NCBI GenBank assembly: GCA_963777605.1
Contig: CAVZRV010000007.1
Location: 960,001-1,024,000 of the forward strand
Source: an uncultured Acidobacteriota bacterium
GTDB taxonomy: Bacteria > Acidobacteriota > UBA6911 > RPQK01 > JAPXNP01
Reading direction: 5' to 3'
Length of the DNA: 64,000 nt
Positions 41,545 through 52,643 of the stretch are shown here, in pieces; position 1 is the first letter of the stretch; each line of letters opens with the position of its first letter. The notes under the pieces are model-generated. The model saw only the letters and a program-made list of their open reading frames with translations, was not told where the DNA came from and ran no database searches. A program made the translations under genes and the position numbers.

Positions 41545-42906
41545 CTATCTTCGGACGTTCAGCCAAGTCTCGTAGCTGTTCACCTCGACAGGTTCCTGTT
41601 CCTCCTTTGGAACGCCGAGATACTCGGCCACGGACGGAACCAGCTTCGAGTACCAAATGGTCGCGTTTACAGTCACCTTGCCTTCCGGTATCGATTCAGG
41701 CAGGCGGAAAGTGTAGGTTTCGCTGACCGCTTTCAAAGGCGCAAGCCGATAATCGGGCCCGAGTTTTGCGGTGTGCCACTGGGCGATCGTCATGCGGCCT
41801 TCAGGATCAATGTAGGGAAGGCGGAAGATACGGTCTCCCTCGGGAACGCCGCCGTCGCGCAGGAGGCCCTTGAAATCGGCCAGACCCTTGATGTCCCCGA
41901 TATCCTGGTAGGCCAGCGCCGATGCGGATGCAATCGTCAACTCCTCTCCCTCAAAGCCCTTGGCATCGACGGGAAGGTGGTAGACGTTGCCGGCGGAATC
42001 GCGGGCTTCGACGTGGAGCCAGAGCAGGCGCTCCTCCGCGGAACCGCTGGGAACCATGTGCCCGGCCTTCGCGTTGACCACCACCGCGGTTACCTTCACT
42101 TCATCGCCCGGGCCGGCTTCGCGCACGGAGGGATGCGCCCGGACTTCTGCGACGCCGCGCAGTTTTCCGTCGTCATGCGCGCCATGGAAGAGGTGCTGAC
42201 GGACGTTGGGTCTATCCTTGCCCATTCCGGGGGCGCTGTTACCGGCGGCCGGCGGCATGTGGCAATCCTGGCAAACGATCCCGGCCTTGGCATGAGGGCT
42301 CTCTTTCCACTCCAGTTGGGTTGACTTCACCCAAACCCCGTAGGGATCCTTTTCATTGTGGCAGGTGCCGCAGAACTCGGTCGTCCGCAAGAACGGGTTG
42401 TCCTTAATCTTGTGAACCGGACTTTCATCATCCGAGTGAATACCCTGCTTGACGTCGCCCGGGGATATCACATAGTTGAAGTTAAAAGGAACATCCCCTT
42501 TGAACCCGGTGATGCTGTGACAGACTTCGCAGGAGACACTTTCGTTAGCCCGGGTTCCTTCTGCAGGACGGCTCGGCGGGATGTCTCCGGCGAGGAAGGC
42601 CAGCGGCGCATGACAGCCGTTGCAGCCGGCCTTGATTCCTGCCACCTTTTCCAGTTTCAGGCTGTGCGGCAGAGCCAATTCGAAGTACTCGATCTCATCC
42701 CAGGGGTGCGTGAAGCACTGAGACATCATGGCCTGTTCGTGCTGAAAGGTCAGGTCGACGTGGCACGAGGCGCAGGCGTCCGGCTCCTGGAAGCGCTCGT
42801 AGGGAACGGTGCCCATCGCTTCGTCACCGACCTTCTGGGCCCAAATCGGGCCACATAATACCAGAGCGATCGCCGCGGCGGCGGCGTATCTTGCGGATCT
42901 CATCAT
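41545..42906 (-). CDS. Periplasmic pentaheme c-type cytochrome
   Basis: Signal peptide; CASCH, CNGCH, CEVCH, CGTCH, CQDCH. Confidence 0.9.
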   Translation of the reverse strand: MMRSARYAAAAAIALVLCGPIWAQKVGDEAMGTVPYERFQEPDACASCHVDLTFQHEQAMMSQCFTHPWDEIEYFELALPHSLKLEKVAGIKAGCNGCHAPLAFLAGDIPPSRPAEGTRANESVSCEVCHSITGFKGDVPFNFNYVISPGDVKQGIHSDDESPVHKIKDNPFLRTTEFCGTCHNEKDPYGVWVKSTQLEWKESPHAKAGIVCQDCHMPPAAGNSAPGMGKDRPNVRQHLFHGAHDDGKLRGVAEVRAHPSVREAGPGDEVKVTAVVVNAKAGHMVPSGSAEERLLWLHVEARDSAGNVYHLPVDAKGFEGEELTIASASALAYQDIGDIKGLADFKGLLRDGGVPEGDRIFRLPYIDPEGRMTIAQWHTAKLGPDYRLAPLKAVSETYTFRLPESIPEGKVTVNATIWYSKLVPSVAEYLGVPKEEQEPVEVNSYETWLNVRR

Positions 42907-42952
42907 GATGTTCCCTCCCCTCAGTCAAGCATCCAAACGGCGCAGGATGGAC

Positions 42953-45215
42953 CTATTTTGTGGCCCGCCCCAGTTCCTGCGCATCAACCACAGCGATGGC
43001 AGCCATGTTGACAATGTCCTTCGCCTCGAATCCGTGCTGGAGGACATGGACCGGCTTCTTCATCCCGACCAGGATCGGCCCGATCGCTTCGGCACCCCCA
43101 AGGCGCTGAAGCAGCTTGTAAGCGATATTTGCCGACTGAAGGTCGGGGAAGATGAGGACGTTGGCCGATTTGGTCAGGCTACTGAACGAGTAGTGTTTCT
43201 CGATGAGGTCGTGAAATACGGCGGTGTCGGCCTGCATTTCACCGTCGATCATCAGATCAGGCGCCTTCTGCTTGACCAGTCGGGTTGCCTCCCGGACCTT
43301 GTCAACAAGCGGATGGCGGACACTGCCGAAGTTCGAAAAGGAAAGCATGGCGACTCTGGGTTCCACGTTGAAGCGGCGAGCCACTTCGGCCGTCAGAATG
43401 GCGATTTCGGCCAGTTCCGGTGCCGTGGGATCGATGTTGACCGTGGTGTCGGCGAAAAAGTAGGTGTGGTCCTTGAGGACCATCATGAACAGGCCCACGA
43501 CTCGACTGCAGTCTTCCCGGGTCTGGATGATCTGCAGCGCCGGTCGGAGGGTGTCGGGATAATGCTGGCTGATACCGCAGACAAGGGCGTCTGCGTCCCC
43601 CTGCTGGACCATCATTGCGCCGAACACGGTCTTGTTTTTGAGCATGCGCCGGGCATCGGTCAGCGTGACACCCTTTCGTTCACGCAGTTTGAAAAGGGCC
43701 TCGGCATATTGTTCGGCCTTCTCGGGAGGCATCCGGGTCAACAATTTCGATATCGCTGAGCCGCAATTCGTGCTGCAGAATCAGTTCCTGCATTCGGTCA
43801 TTGCGTCCCAGCAGAACGGGCTGGGCGAATTTCTCGTCGACGATGATCTGGCTCGCCCGGAGCACCGTCTCGTGTTCCCCTTCCGGAAAAACCACCCGCT
43901 TGGGGTCTCGGCGCGCCTGGTTGATCATGAGCCGCATGACTTCGCGGGATCTCCCGAGCCGTCGCTCGAGGTCCTCCCGGTATTGTTCGATATCGATCGT
44001 GCGGCGGGCAACGCCGGTTCTCATAGCCGCTTCGGCAACAGCGGCGGATTCGACGATGAGAACGCGATGGTCGAACGGCTTGGGGATCAGGTAGTCCGGG
44101 CCAAAATGAAGCCGCTCAATCCCGTATGCTTTCGTCACCGACTCGGGTACATCCTCGCGGGCCAATGAAGCCAGGGCGTGGGTCGCCGCGAGCTTCATTT
44201 CCTCATTGATCGCGGTTGCCCGTACATCCAGGGCGCCACGGAAAATGAACGGAAATCCGAGGACGTTGTTAACCTGGTTCGGGTAATCGGAACGACCCGT
44301 TGCCATGATGGTGTCGGGTCGTGCCGTCATTGCCTCTTCGTAGGTGATTTCCGGGTCAGGGTTGGCCAGGGCAAAAACGATCGGGCGCTCGTTCATGGTC
44401 CGGAGCATTTCGCCGGTCACGCAGTTCGCGATGGACAACCCGACAAAGACATCCGCCCCCTTCAGGGCTTCTGAAAGCGTTCGGGCGTCGGTGTCGTTGG
44501 CCAGCGCCTCCTTGTACGGGTTCATCCCAACGGTACGACCGCGGAAAACGGTCCCCTTCGAGTCGCAAAGGATCAGGTTCTCGGGGCGAACACCAAGAGA
44601 GATGTAGTACTTGGCACAGGCGATTCCGCTCGCACCCGCTCCATTGAATACCACGCGGACGTCCTCAATCGGTTTGCCCGCAATCTCCAGGGCATTCAAG
44701 AGAGCTGCTCCCGAGATAATGGCGGTCCCGTGCTGATCGTCGTGGAAAACGGGGATAGTGAGGAGTTCCTTCAGGCGTTCTTCAATGCGAAAACATTCCG
44801 GCGCCTTGATGTCTTCCAGGTTAATTCCTCCAAAAGTTGGCTCCAACAGCTGGACGGTCCGGATGATCTCCTCGGGGTCCAGACTGTTGAGCTCGATGTC
44901 GAAGACGTCGATGTCTGCAAATCTCTTGAAGAGAACAGCCTTCCCTTCCATGACCGGCTTCCCTGCAGCCGGACCGATATCCCCCAGCCCGAGCACCGCT
45001 GTTCCGTTGGAAATGACGGCAACCAGGTTGCCCTTGGCGGTATATTCGAATACATCATCGGGGTTTTCGTGGATCTTGAGGCAGGGAACGGCTACTCCCG
45101 GCGTGTACGCCAGAGAGAGGTCCCTCTGTGTTAAACAGGGTTTACTCGCAGTGACTTCAATCTTTCCCTTGCGACCCTCGCTGTGGTATTCGAGGGCTTC
45201 CTTTTCCCTGATCAT
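42953..45215 (-). CDS. maeB: NADP-dependent malic enzyme with PTA-like domain, apparent +1 frameshift near 43722-43735
   Basis: [36 protein letters not shown]; C-part DGEMQAD, IGPILVG. Confidence 0.95.
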
Positions 45216-45427
45216 GGTAGAACCTCCTACACCTTATCTTTGATCGCGCTAGCGACAACTGCAAGCGTTTTGTCGGCCATTCTCGTGAAAAGGCCAAGGG
45301 CACGCGATTGAAAGGGCGGCACAGTCGGAAGGTGACGCAGGGATGACCCGGGTTGGGGCATTTCACCCGAGTCACTCGTCAATGTTGGTCTCAAGTTCGG
45401 ACCCGAGGAGAAGCAGGAACCGGACAG

Positions 45428-45808
45428 TCACTCGGCCAAGAAATCAATCACGAACACATCATCGACAACAGGGCCGACCAGCTTGCCAAACGCCTTGTGG
45501 GCCGGGTGAACGAGATATGCATCCCGGTCCTTCTCATTCCTGAAGGTCAGGATGAAGCAGTGGGTGAATCCCTTGTTCAGGTTCTCCGGGCTGATGTTGG
45601 TTCCGGTCTCAAAGGAGACAATCGTGTCAATGCTGTTTTTCAGATTGCCGAATTCATCGACCACCTTGTCGATCTGACTCTGGTCCGTATTCGCCTTGAA
45701 CTTGAACGCAACCACATGGCGCACGGTACCGGCAGACTCCTCGGCCGGAGAAGCAAAGAACGCGATGCTGAACAGCGCAAGCAGAGCGATAGGAATGAAT
45801 CGGTGCAT
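45428..45808 (-). CDS. Dabb (stress-responsive A/B barrel) protein with signal peptide
   Basis: RHVVAFKFK, GFTHCF, YLVHPAH. Confidence 0.88.
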   Translation of the reverse strand: MHRFIPIALLALFSIAFFASPAEESAGTVRHVVAFKFKANTDQSQIDKVVDEFGNLKNSIDTIVSFETGTNISPENLNKGFTHCFILTFRNEKDRDAYLVHPAHKAFGKLVGPVVDDVFVIDFLAE

Positions 45809-46060
45809 GAAAATCCCCCCAGTTCGAAACTCGGAAAGACGATACACTGAAGCCTTTCCGTCTTCAAGCGACCGAGTCAAACTCTGGCTGCCCTACCGGG
45901 AGCAGTGCTACTGGGCGTCGGTCGGGCTCTCGAGTATCAAGACCTGGTCGTGGTCGAGAACCGGATCGATTATAGCGGTGGGACTTCCGGCAAGTCGGAT
46001 GCCATCGGTGACAGCGTTGACCTGGTCCACCTTCACATCCAGCCTGCGAAAGAACCTGGG

Positions 46061-47972
46061 CTATTCGACGGGTGCGCTCTTACGGGCGTCGAGGTCGCCC
46101 CACCGTTGGTAGAGCGTTTCGAGTTCTTCCTCGAGGCGGTGCCACCTGAAGGTGATCTCAGAGACTGATTCGGCGCGCTCCTGGTAGAGTTCAGCTGAGG
46201 TCATCAGGGCATTCAGACGCTCCCGCTCCCGCTCCAGTTCCTCGATTTTCCCGGGCAGCGCCTCGAGTTCCCGTTCCTCCTTGTAGGACAACTTGGAGGA
46301 AGTCTTCGATGGGACCGCTTTGCGGGCTCGTGCGGATTTCTTCAGGGGATTCGGAGTGGGGGTCGCGTAAACCTGATTGGCACGACGGCCCCGCCAATCA
46401 TCGTAGCCACCCACGTATTCAACCAGGTTCCCGGGGGACTCGAAGACGAGGCAACTGGTGACGGCGTTGTTCAGAAAGGTTCTGTCGTGGCTCACCAGCA
46501 GAAGTGTTCCAGGGTACCCGACGAGCAGTTCTTCGAGCATTTCGAGGGTTTCGACATCGAGATCATTGGTGGGCTCGTCCATGACCAGAACGTTTGCCGG
46601 ACGGGCAAACAGGCGTGCGAGCAGGAGCCGGTTCCTTTCCCCTCCAGACAGGGCCCGTGCCTGCATTCGAGCCCGGTCGGGAGGGAACAGGAAGTCTTCG
46701 AGGTAACCGTAGAGATGCCTGGTCTTGCCACCGGTTGAGATCTGGTGACGGCCGTCAGCGACGTTGTCGGCGACAGTCTTCTCATCATCGATCTGGGAGC
46801 GCATCTGGTCGAAGTAGGATACCTCCAGGCCCGTGCCCAGCTGGACTCTTCCGGAAAGGGGCGGAAGGAGACCGAGCAGGAGCCTGATAAGCGTTGTCTT
46901 TCCAATGCCGTTCGGCCCGACGATACCAATCTTGTCACCCCGGACAAGCGTGGTCGAGAAGTCCCTGACGATCGGAAGATCCTGCCAGGAGAAACTGATG
47001 TTCTCGACGCGGGCCACCAGCTTGCCCGATCGGGCCCCCTCGTCGAGTTGGAGGTTTACGCTGCCGATTTCCTCTCGAAACCTTCGCCGCTCGTCCCGCA
47101 TATCCTCGAGGGCGCGGACCCTCCCTTCGTTGCGGGTGCGTCGGGCTTTGATTCCCTGTCTGATCCAGGCTTCTTCCTGGGCCAGCCTTTTCTCGAAACG
47201 TCTCAGCTCAACCGCTTCAGCGTTCAGAAGGTCTTCCCGCCGGCGCAGGTAGTTCTGGTAATCCCCCGGCCAGTCGGTCAATCGCCCCCGGTCCAGTTCG
47301 AGGATGCGGTTGGCAACGTTCTGCAGGAAGCTCCGATCATGTGTGACAAAGAGGACCGCCCCCTTATATTCGTTGAGATCTTCTTCCAGCCAGGTTATCG
47401 AATCTATGTCGAGGTGATTGGTCGGTTCGTCCAGGAGGAGAATTTCAGGTTCGGTCACTAGCGCCTGGGCAAGCAGCGTCCTTCGCTTGACGCCTCCGGA
47501 GAGCTCATCGAACTGGGAGTCGGCGGGAAGCTTGAGCCTGGAGATAATGGTCTCGACCATCTGTTCGGTTCGCCAGCCGTTGGCCGCTTCCAGCTCGCTC
47601 TGAATTTCGCCAAGGGTCTCGAAGTTTCGCTCCACCGGGGTCAGCCTGGAGCCGGGAACTGGCCGCGTGATAGGCGCGAACGAGGTTGCCGATCGACCCA
47701 AGTCCCTCCGAGACAATCTCAAAAACGGTTCCGGAAACGTCCTCCGGAACCTCTTGGGCAAGACGGGCGATCCGGACCGACTTTTGAACCGACCGCTCTC
47801 CCGCTTCAGCGGCAATTTCCCCCGAGATGATCTTCAATAGAGTGGACTTGCCGGTGCCGTTTCGCCCCAGTAGACAGACTCTTTCCCCCCGATCCAGGGT
47901 CAGGTCCACTTGATCGAGAAGTGGAGGGCCACCAAATGCAAGTTGGATATCTTTCAGACTGATCAGGGGCAT
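46061..47972 (-). CDS. uup: ABC-F ATPase Uup, apparent +1 frameshift near 47615-47640
   Basis: GRNGTGKS, LSGG, DEPTNHLD, WIRQGIKARRTRNEGR, second ABC domain, KLSYKE. Confidence 0.92.
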
Positions 47973-48205
47973 AAGCAACCAGGGAAAGACCGGAGCTCAA
48001 TCGTCAGCTTCGAACGGATGGTCTAAATTTGGTCCCATTACCCAGATTAGCACGGCAATCCCCGCCATCCCTCATTACGCCTCCCTGGAGCGGTCCTTAA
48101 GTCCGAGCCATTCTCGGGGAAGACTTGTGTCCTCCTACCGTCCGCCTGTTGTGGTAGCCTCCAAGCAGGCGGGTCCCCATCAGGAGGGGCCGTCGGAGAT
48201 GGACC

Positions 48206-48523
48206 ATGAAGGCTATCGCAGATATCTGTATCGTTCCGATCGGAGTGGGAGTCAGCCTGTCCAGGTACGTGGCAGCGTGTGAGGAAGTGATCCGGGGAAG
48301 CGGGTTGAAGGTGCAATTGCACGCGTACGGGACCAACGTCGAGGGAGACTGGGATGAGGTCATGGCAGTCCTCAAGCGTTGCCATGAGGTCGTCCATGAA
48401 ATGGGTGCACCGAGGATCACCACGACGGTCAAGGTGGGTACCCGGGTTGATCGGGACCAGTCGATGACGGACAAAATTGAGAGCGTGGAGCAGAAGCTGA
48501 AGGAGGGCAGGGTCTGTGAGTAG
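48206..48523 (+). CDS. MTH1187/YkoF-family thiamine-binding protein
   Basis: IVPIG, SLSRYV, GTNVEGDWDEV, KIESVEQKL. Confidence 0.88.
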   Translation: MKAIADICIVPIGVGVSLSRYVAACEEVIRGSGLKVQLHAYGTNVEGDWDEVMAVLKRCHEVVHEMGAPRITTTVKVGTRVDRDQSMTDKIESVEQKLKEGRVCE

Positions 48524-48559
48524 TCGCGGGCTCCCAAGGGGCTGGACGGGGAGGACGAA

Positions 48560-49483
48560 GTGAGCTGGCAAGTCAGGAAACATACGCTACCTTTCGTTGC
48601 ACTCGTGGTTCTTCTGTTAGCACTGAACTGTCCAACGGCCGTTTTGGTCGCTGCGGATCACCTCGTCAAAGTCAGCTATGAAGCCCGTTCCCTTCAGCCC
48701 GGAGAGCTTGCGGTACTGACGGTAGAAGCTCCGGCCATGATCGAAGGCGGCGTTGCCGACATTTTCGGCAAAAGCTTTCCCCTTTTCAGAGTTTCCGACA
48801 ACAATGTCTATGAGGGACTGGTTGGCCTTGACCTGAACCTGGATCCTGGTACTTACACGTTGAAGGTTCACGGCCGCCTGAAAGGAGAGCCCTTCGAGGT
48901 TTCCGAAGCCCTCACGGTCAAGTCCAAGAAGTTCCCGGTACGCCGGATTACGGTGGACGAGAAATTCGCCAACCCTCCCGCCTTGGTGATGCAGCGGATC
49001 GAGCGGGAGCAGGCACTGGTCAACGGGATTCTCTCGAAGACGACGCCGCGGAGGTACTGGGACGGGACATTTGTCCGGCCGGTCCCCGGAGCGGCATCGA
49101 GCAGCTTCGGGAAACGCAGCATCGTGAATGGACAGGCGCGCAGTCCGCACAGCGGGACGGATTTCAAGGCATCGGCCGGAACTCCGATTCATGCCCCGAA
49201 TGCCGGCAGGATCGCCCTGGCTCAGGACCTCTACTTCGCCGGGAACACGGTGATCATCGACCACGGGCTCGGGCTCTACACCTACTTTGCCCATCTCTCG
49301 AAGTTCGAGGTGAAGCAGGGTGACCAGGTAGAAAAGGGACAGGTTGTCGGGCTGGTCGGTTCCACGGGAAGAGTGACCGGCCCCCATCTGCACTGGACGG
49401 CCCGCCTCGTGGGAGCCAGGATTGACCCCCTCTCCATCCTTGAGCTGCTGGGAGACCCCGGCGCTATCGACTCAGCACGCTGA
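48560..49483 (+). CDS. M23 family metallopeptidase
   Basis: HSGTD, IDHG, HLS, TGPHLH. Confidence 0.92.
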   Translation: MSWQVRKHTLPFVALVVLLLALNCPTAVLVAADHLVKVSYEARSLQPGELAVLTVEAPAMIEGGVADIFGKSFPLFRVSDNNVYEGLVGLDLNLDPGTYTLKVHGRLKGEPFEVSEALTVKSKKFPVRRITVDEKFANPPALVMQRIEREQALVNGILSKTTPRRYWDGTFVRPVPGAASSSFGKRSIVNGQARSPHSGTDFKASAGTPIHAPNAGRIALAQDLYFAGNTVIIDHGLGLYTYFAHLSKFEVKQGDQVEKGQVVGLVGSTGRVTGPHLHWTARLVGARIDPLSILELLGDPGAIDSAR

Positions 49484-51113
49484 CGACCAGCAGCGTGAGA
49501 TCATCATACTGACGCGCGTTGCCGACAAAGCCGGAAACGGACCGCTGGATGGATTCCAGAATTCCCTGGGCGTTTCCCTCGTCGGCGGGAATCTCGGAAA
49601 CGGCCAGGCACAGGCGCTCGTCGCCGAACATTCCTTCCTGTTCGTTTTGGGCCTCTACGACTCCGTCGGTGAACATGACCAGGTGGTCTCCCTCAGAGAG
49701 CTGAACCGTTCCGGCCTTGAAGGTGAAGTCCTTTCTGAATCCGACGATTGGGCCTCCTTCGGTGAGCATCGAGACCGTCCCTTTCTGGAAAAGAAACGGG
49801 GGATTGTGCCCAGCATTGACGTAGGTCAGGATGCCTGATGGAATGTCGAGTTCGCCGTAGAAGAGAGTCACAAAACGGTTGTCCGGAGCATCATCCACGA
49901 AGCCGTTGTTCAACAGGGCAATCGTCTCATCGACCCGGGCCCGGTGCCGAATTTGGTTGCGCAGCATCGAGCGGAGACTCGCCATCAGCAACGCAGCGGA
50001 GAATCCCTTTCCACTGATATCCGCGACAACAAGGGCGCAGGTGGTTTCGTCGAGAGGAATGACGTCGAAGTAGTCACCGCCCACTTGTGCCGCCGGTTCA
50101 CTGTACCCGGCAAAGACGAAACCGGGGTAGGCGGGCATGTTCTTGGGCAGGAATCCAAGCTGGATAGAACGGGCCAGGCTGATCTCTCGATCCAGCCTTT
50201 GTTTTTCCAGTGCTTCCCGGTGCAATCGGGCGCGCTCGATCGCGATCGCAGCCTGATCGGACAGTGCCGAGAAGATGGGGAGGTCATCCTCGGCGAAACG
50301 ATCCCCTCCAAACCGGTTGAGGGCCTGCAGGACGCCGATGATTTGTCCGTCGGCATCGTGCATCGGAACACAGATCAGGTTTCGAGTTCGAAATCCTGCC
50401 TTGGAAATCTCACCGAAGAAGCGAGGATCCCGTTCGACATCAGGTACGATCAGCGCCGCCTTGTTGGTGACGACCCAACCTGCGAAGCCCTTCCCGGCGG
50501 GGATGCGCAAGCCGGAAATTTCGGCGCGGGCCGGGCCGGTCGGAACGGCAATTTCCAGCTCCCCGGATTCCCGATCCAGGAGCATCAAGGAACTGGCCTC
50601 CGCCCGCATGATTTCCTTGGCAGCTTCCATAATTTCCGCCAGCAGATGTTCCAGCGTTACAGAAGAATTGATTCGGGCTGAAATTTCCACAAGGTGACTC
50701 AGGCGGACGCTCGTCGAGGCCCAGGTCACCCAACTGTTATTTCCTCCGATGAGACGACCGAACTTCGCCAGATAGCGACTTTGATCCCTGGCAACGAGAA
50801 ACGGGGAGAGGCGAACGGCGATTGCCGACTCCTCGGCGGGTTCTGTGGCCAGGACCTTAATCCAGCAGGGTGTGGCAGGGGGGGCTTCGGCAACTCCTGT
50901 GCCTGATTCCAGCAGAACGGCCCCCAGTCGGACGTGAAACTTCAACGAGGTGTTGGCAGGTGGAAGAGAGCGTAACATCCCCTGCAGTTGGGCGAGGTTG
51001 CCCGCCACAGCCAGGAGCTGCCCGGTGGTCTGCCGGGGCCGTCCGTCCTCAACCCAGAACAAGTCGAGCGTCACTCCAGGGGAAAAGTGGAACAACTCGT
51101 CGAGGTTGTCCAT
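49464..51113 (-). CDS. GAF plus SpoIIE/PP2C phosphatase (RsbU-like)
   Basis: GAF domain; VGGDYFD, ADISGKG, NAGHNPP, FTDGVVE, DDLT. Confidence 0.92.
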   Translation of the reverse strand: MDNLDELFHFSPGVTLDLFWVEDGRPRQTTGQLLAVAGNLAQLQGMLRSLPPANTSLKFHVRLGAVLLESGTGVAEAPPATPCWIKVLATEPAEESAIAVRLSPFLVARDQSRYLAKFGRLIGGNNSWVTWASTSVRLSHLVEISARINSSVTLEHLLAEIMEAAKEIMRAEASSLMLLDRESGELEIAVPTGPARAEISGLRIPAGKGFAGWVVTNKAALIVPDVERDPRFFGEISKAGFRTRNLICVPMHDADGQIIGVLQALNRFGGDRFAEDDLPIFSALSDQAAIAIERARLHREALEKQRLDREISLARSIQLGFLPKNMPAYPGFVFAGYSEPAAQVGGDYFDVIPLDETTCALVVADISGKGFSAALLMASLRSMLRNQIRHRARVDETIALLNNGFVDDAPDNRFVTLFYGELDIPSGILTYVNAGHNPPFLFQKGTVSMLTEGGPIVGFRKDFTFKAGTVQLSEGDHLVMFTDGVVEAQNEQEGMFGDERLCLAVSEIPADEGNAQGILESIQRSVSGFVGNARQYDDLTLLVVSVLSR

Positions 51114-51137
51114 CGGGGAAATAGTAACAAAATGCAG

Positions 51138-52568
51138 CTATGCAGGAGGGCCGAACTGCCATCCCGTGCGAGGGAAACGGCTCAGAACGACGGAGTCGCC
51201 GGTCAGCCAGCCGTGCCCGAGTGCGTGACCCTGGTACCGAATCAGTACCTGGCCGGGCTGGGGTGCCGAGCAGGAATGGTCCAAACGGTTTGCGAAGGCG
51301 AAGACGTCCTGCCAATTCGTCAGCTCTACGCAGTTTCGAGTCGCTTGCGCTCCAAGCAGGTGAGCCCCTTCAGTAGTGATAGTGGGAGGGAACCTGCGCG
51401 TGTGGGCGATCGGGAGACCAATCCGCACCGGGACGGCGTGGAAGGGGAAGCCTTCAAAGCCGCTGGACGCCGAGTTCAGTTCCGCTGCGAGAGAGTACAG
51501 GCTTCCGGCGAGCAACCTGTCCGAGAAACCGAATCGATGAGAAAGCTGTTCCAGGACTGCTTCGATAGCCGGTTCCGGGTCGCCGGAAAGGACCGAGCAG
51601 GGAGTTCTCGGACTGCGCAGTCGGGGACGACCGAAGGATCCGGTCTTGCGAATTCGGGCGACAAAGAAACCCTCGCAATGGTTTTCATGTGGGTAGATGC
51701 GAATTGCACGGCGCATCTGGGCAGGCCAGTGATGGCCTTCAAACTGCGTGAGGCCGGGGCGAGTTTGGAGGCCCGGCAGGAGGACCGGCTCGAGTTCTAT
51801 TGGGAACCGTTCGAGTGCCTCAGCAAGGATCACTTCGTTTTCCTGCGGCGCCACCGTGCAGGTGGAGTAAATCAAGACACCTCCCGGACGGAGTGCTTTC
51901 AGTCCGCTGGTGAGTAGGCTCCGTTGCTGGATCGCCAGGCGCTCACTTCGTGCGGGCGTCCAGCGGCACAGCACCTCCGGGGACTTACCAAGGGTGCCGA
52001 GGGCCGAACAGGGCGCGTCCAACAGGACTCCGTCAAAGCTCTCAAAGTACTGGTTCCCGTAGAGCTCACCGTAGCCCTTCAGCACGGCAGCGTTGGTGGC
52101 CCCCATTCTGCGAAGGTTGAAAACAAGGCTCCGAATTCGTTTGGCGGACGGATCGTTGGCGACGATCAGCCCGTCCGGGCTGATCCACTCGGCCAGTTGA
52201 GTGGTTTTGGACCCGGGAGCCCCGCAGAGATCCAGCACGCGATCCGCGGACTTGGGCGCGAGGGCACAGACTGGGGTCATGGAAGCCAGATCCTGGATAT
52301 AGATCTCGCCCAGGAAGTGGCACAGGCTCTTGCCGATTGAGCCAGCATTTCGATCGGCGCTGAACACGCCCTCCCAGCCGGGTAGTCCTTTGAACTCAAA
52401 TCCCTCAGCGCGAAGGAGAGCCTCCTGAAACGAGCGTGAGTGCTTCAGCGAATTGAACCGAAACCAGAATGGAGGTTCGACGCCGGCCTGCTCCAGGTAG
52501 TGCCCGGACTGGCCCTCCGTGACGGCGTCGAGCAGGGAGGCGAGCTCCGAGGTGGTGTCAGTTGTCAT
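51138..52568 (-). CDS. RsmB/NOP family RNA m5C methyltransferase (RsmF-like)
   Basis: YIQDLAS, DLCGAPGSKT, LDAPCS, YSTCT, ENE; start estimated. Confidence 0.9.
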   Translation of the reverse strand: MTTDTTSELASLLDAVTEGQSGHYLEQAGVEPPFWFRFNSLKHSRSFQEALLRAEGFEFKGLPGWEGVFSADRNAGSIGKSLCHFLGEIYIQDLASMTPVCALAPKSADRVLDLCGAPGSKTTQLAEWISPDGLIVANDPSAKRIRSLVFNLRRMGATNAAVLKGYGELYGNQYFESFDGVLLDAPCSALGTLGKSPEVLCRWTPARSERLAIQQRSLLTSGLKALRPGGVLIYSTCTVAPQENEVILAEALERFPIELEPVLLPGLQTRPGLTQFEGHHWPAQMRRAIRIYPHENHCEGFFVARIRKTGSFGRPRLRSPRTPCSVLSGDPEPAIEAVLEQLSHRFGFSDRLLAGSLYSLAAELNSASSGFEGFPFHAVPVRIGLPIAHTRRFPPTITTEGAHLLGAQATRNCVELTNWQDVFAFANRLDHSCSAPQPGQVLIRYQGHALGHGWLTGDSVVLSRFPRTGWQFGPPA

Positions 52569-52643
52569 TCGTGTACTCAAACCGATATTATCAAGGACAG
52601 GCAGTTCCGGAAGACCGGGCCATTTCCTTTCGAGTGTTTGAGA

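Noticed and set aside
45265-45280. Sigma54 promoter for maeB (GG-N10-GC on the minus strand)
   Set aside because: Spacing fits but flanking consensus bases are poor and no enhancer or IHF support was seen.
45905-46168. 87-aa plus-strand ORF, or TAG read-through extension of uup on the minus strand
   Set aside because: Uup already ends at its normal C-terminal domain; the ORF overlaps uup antisense and has no recognisable motif.
47980-48205. TPP riboswitch upstream of the thiamine-binding-family gene
   Set aside because: Conserved CTGAGA and downstream core elements are not found.
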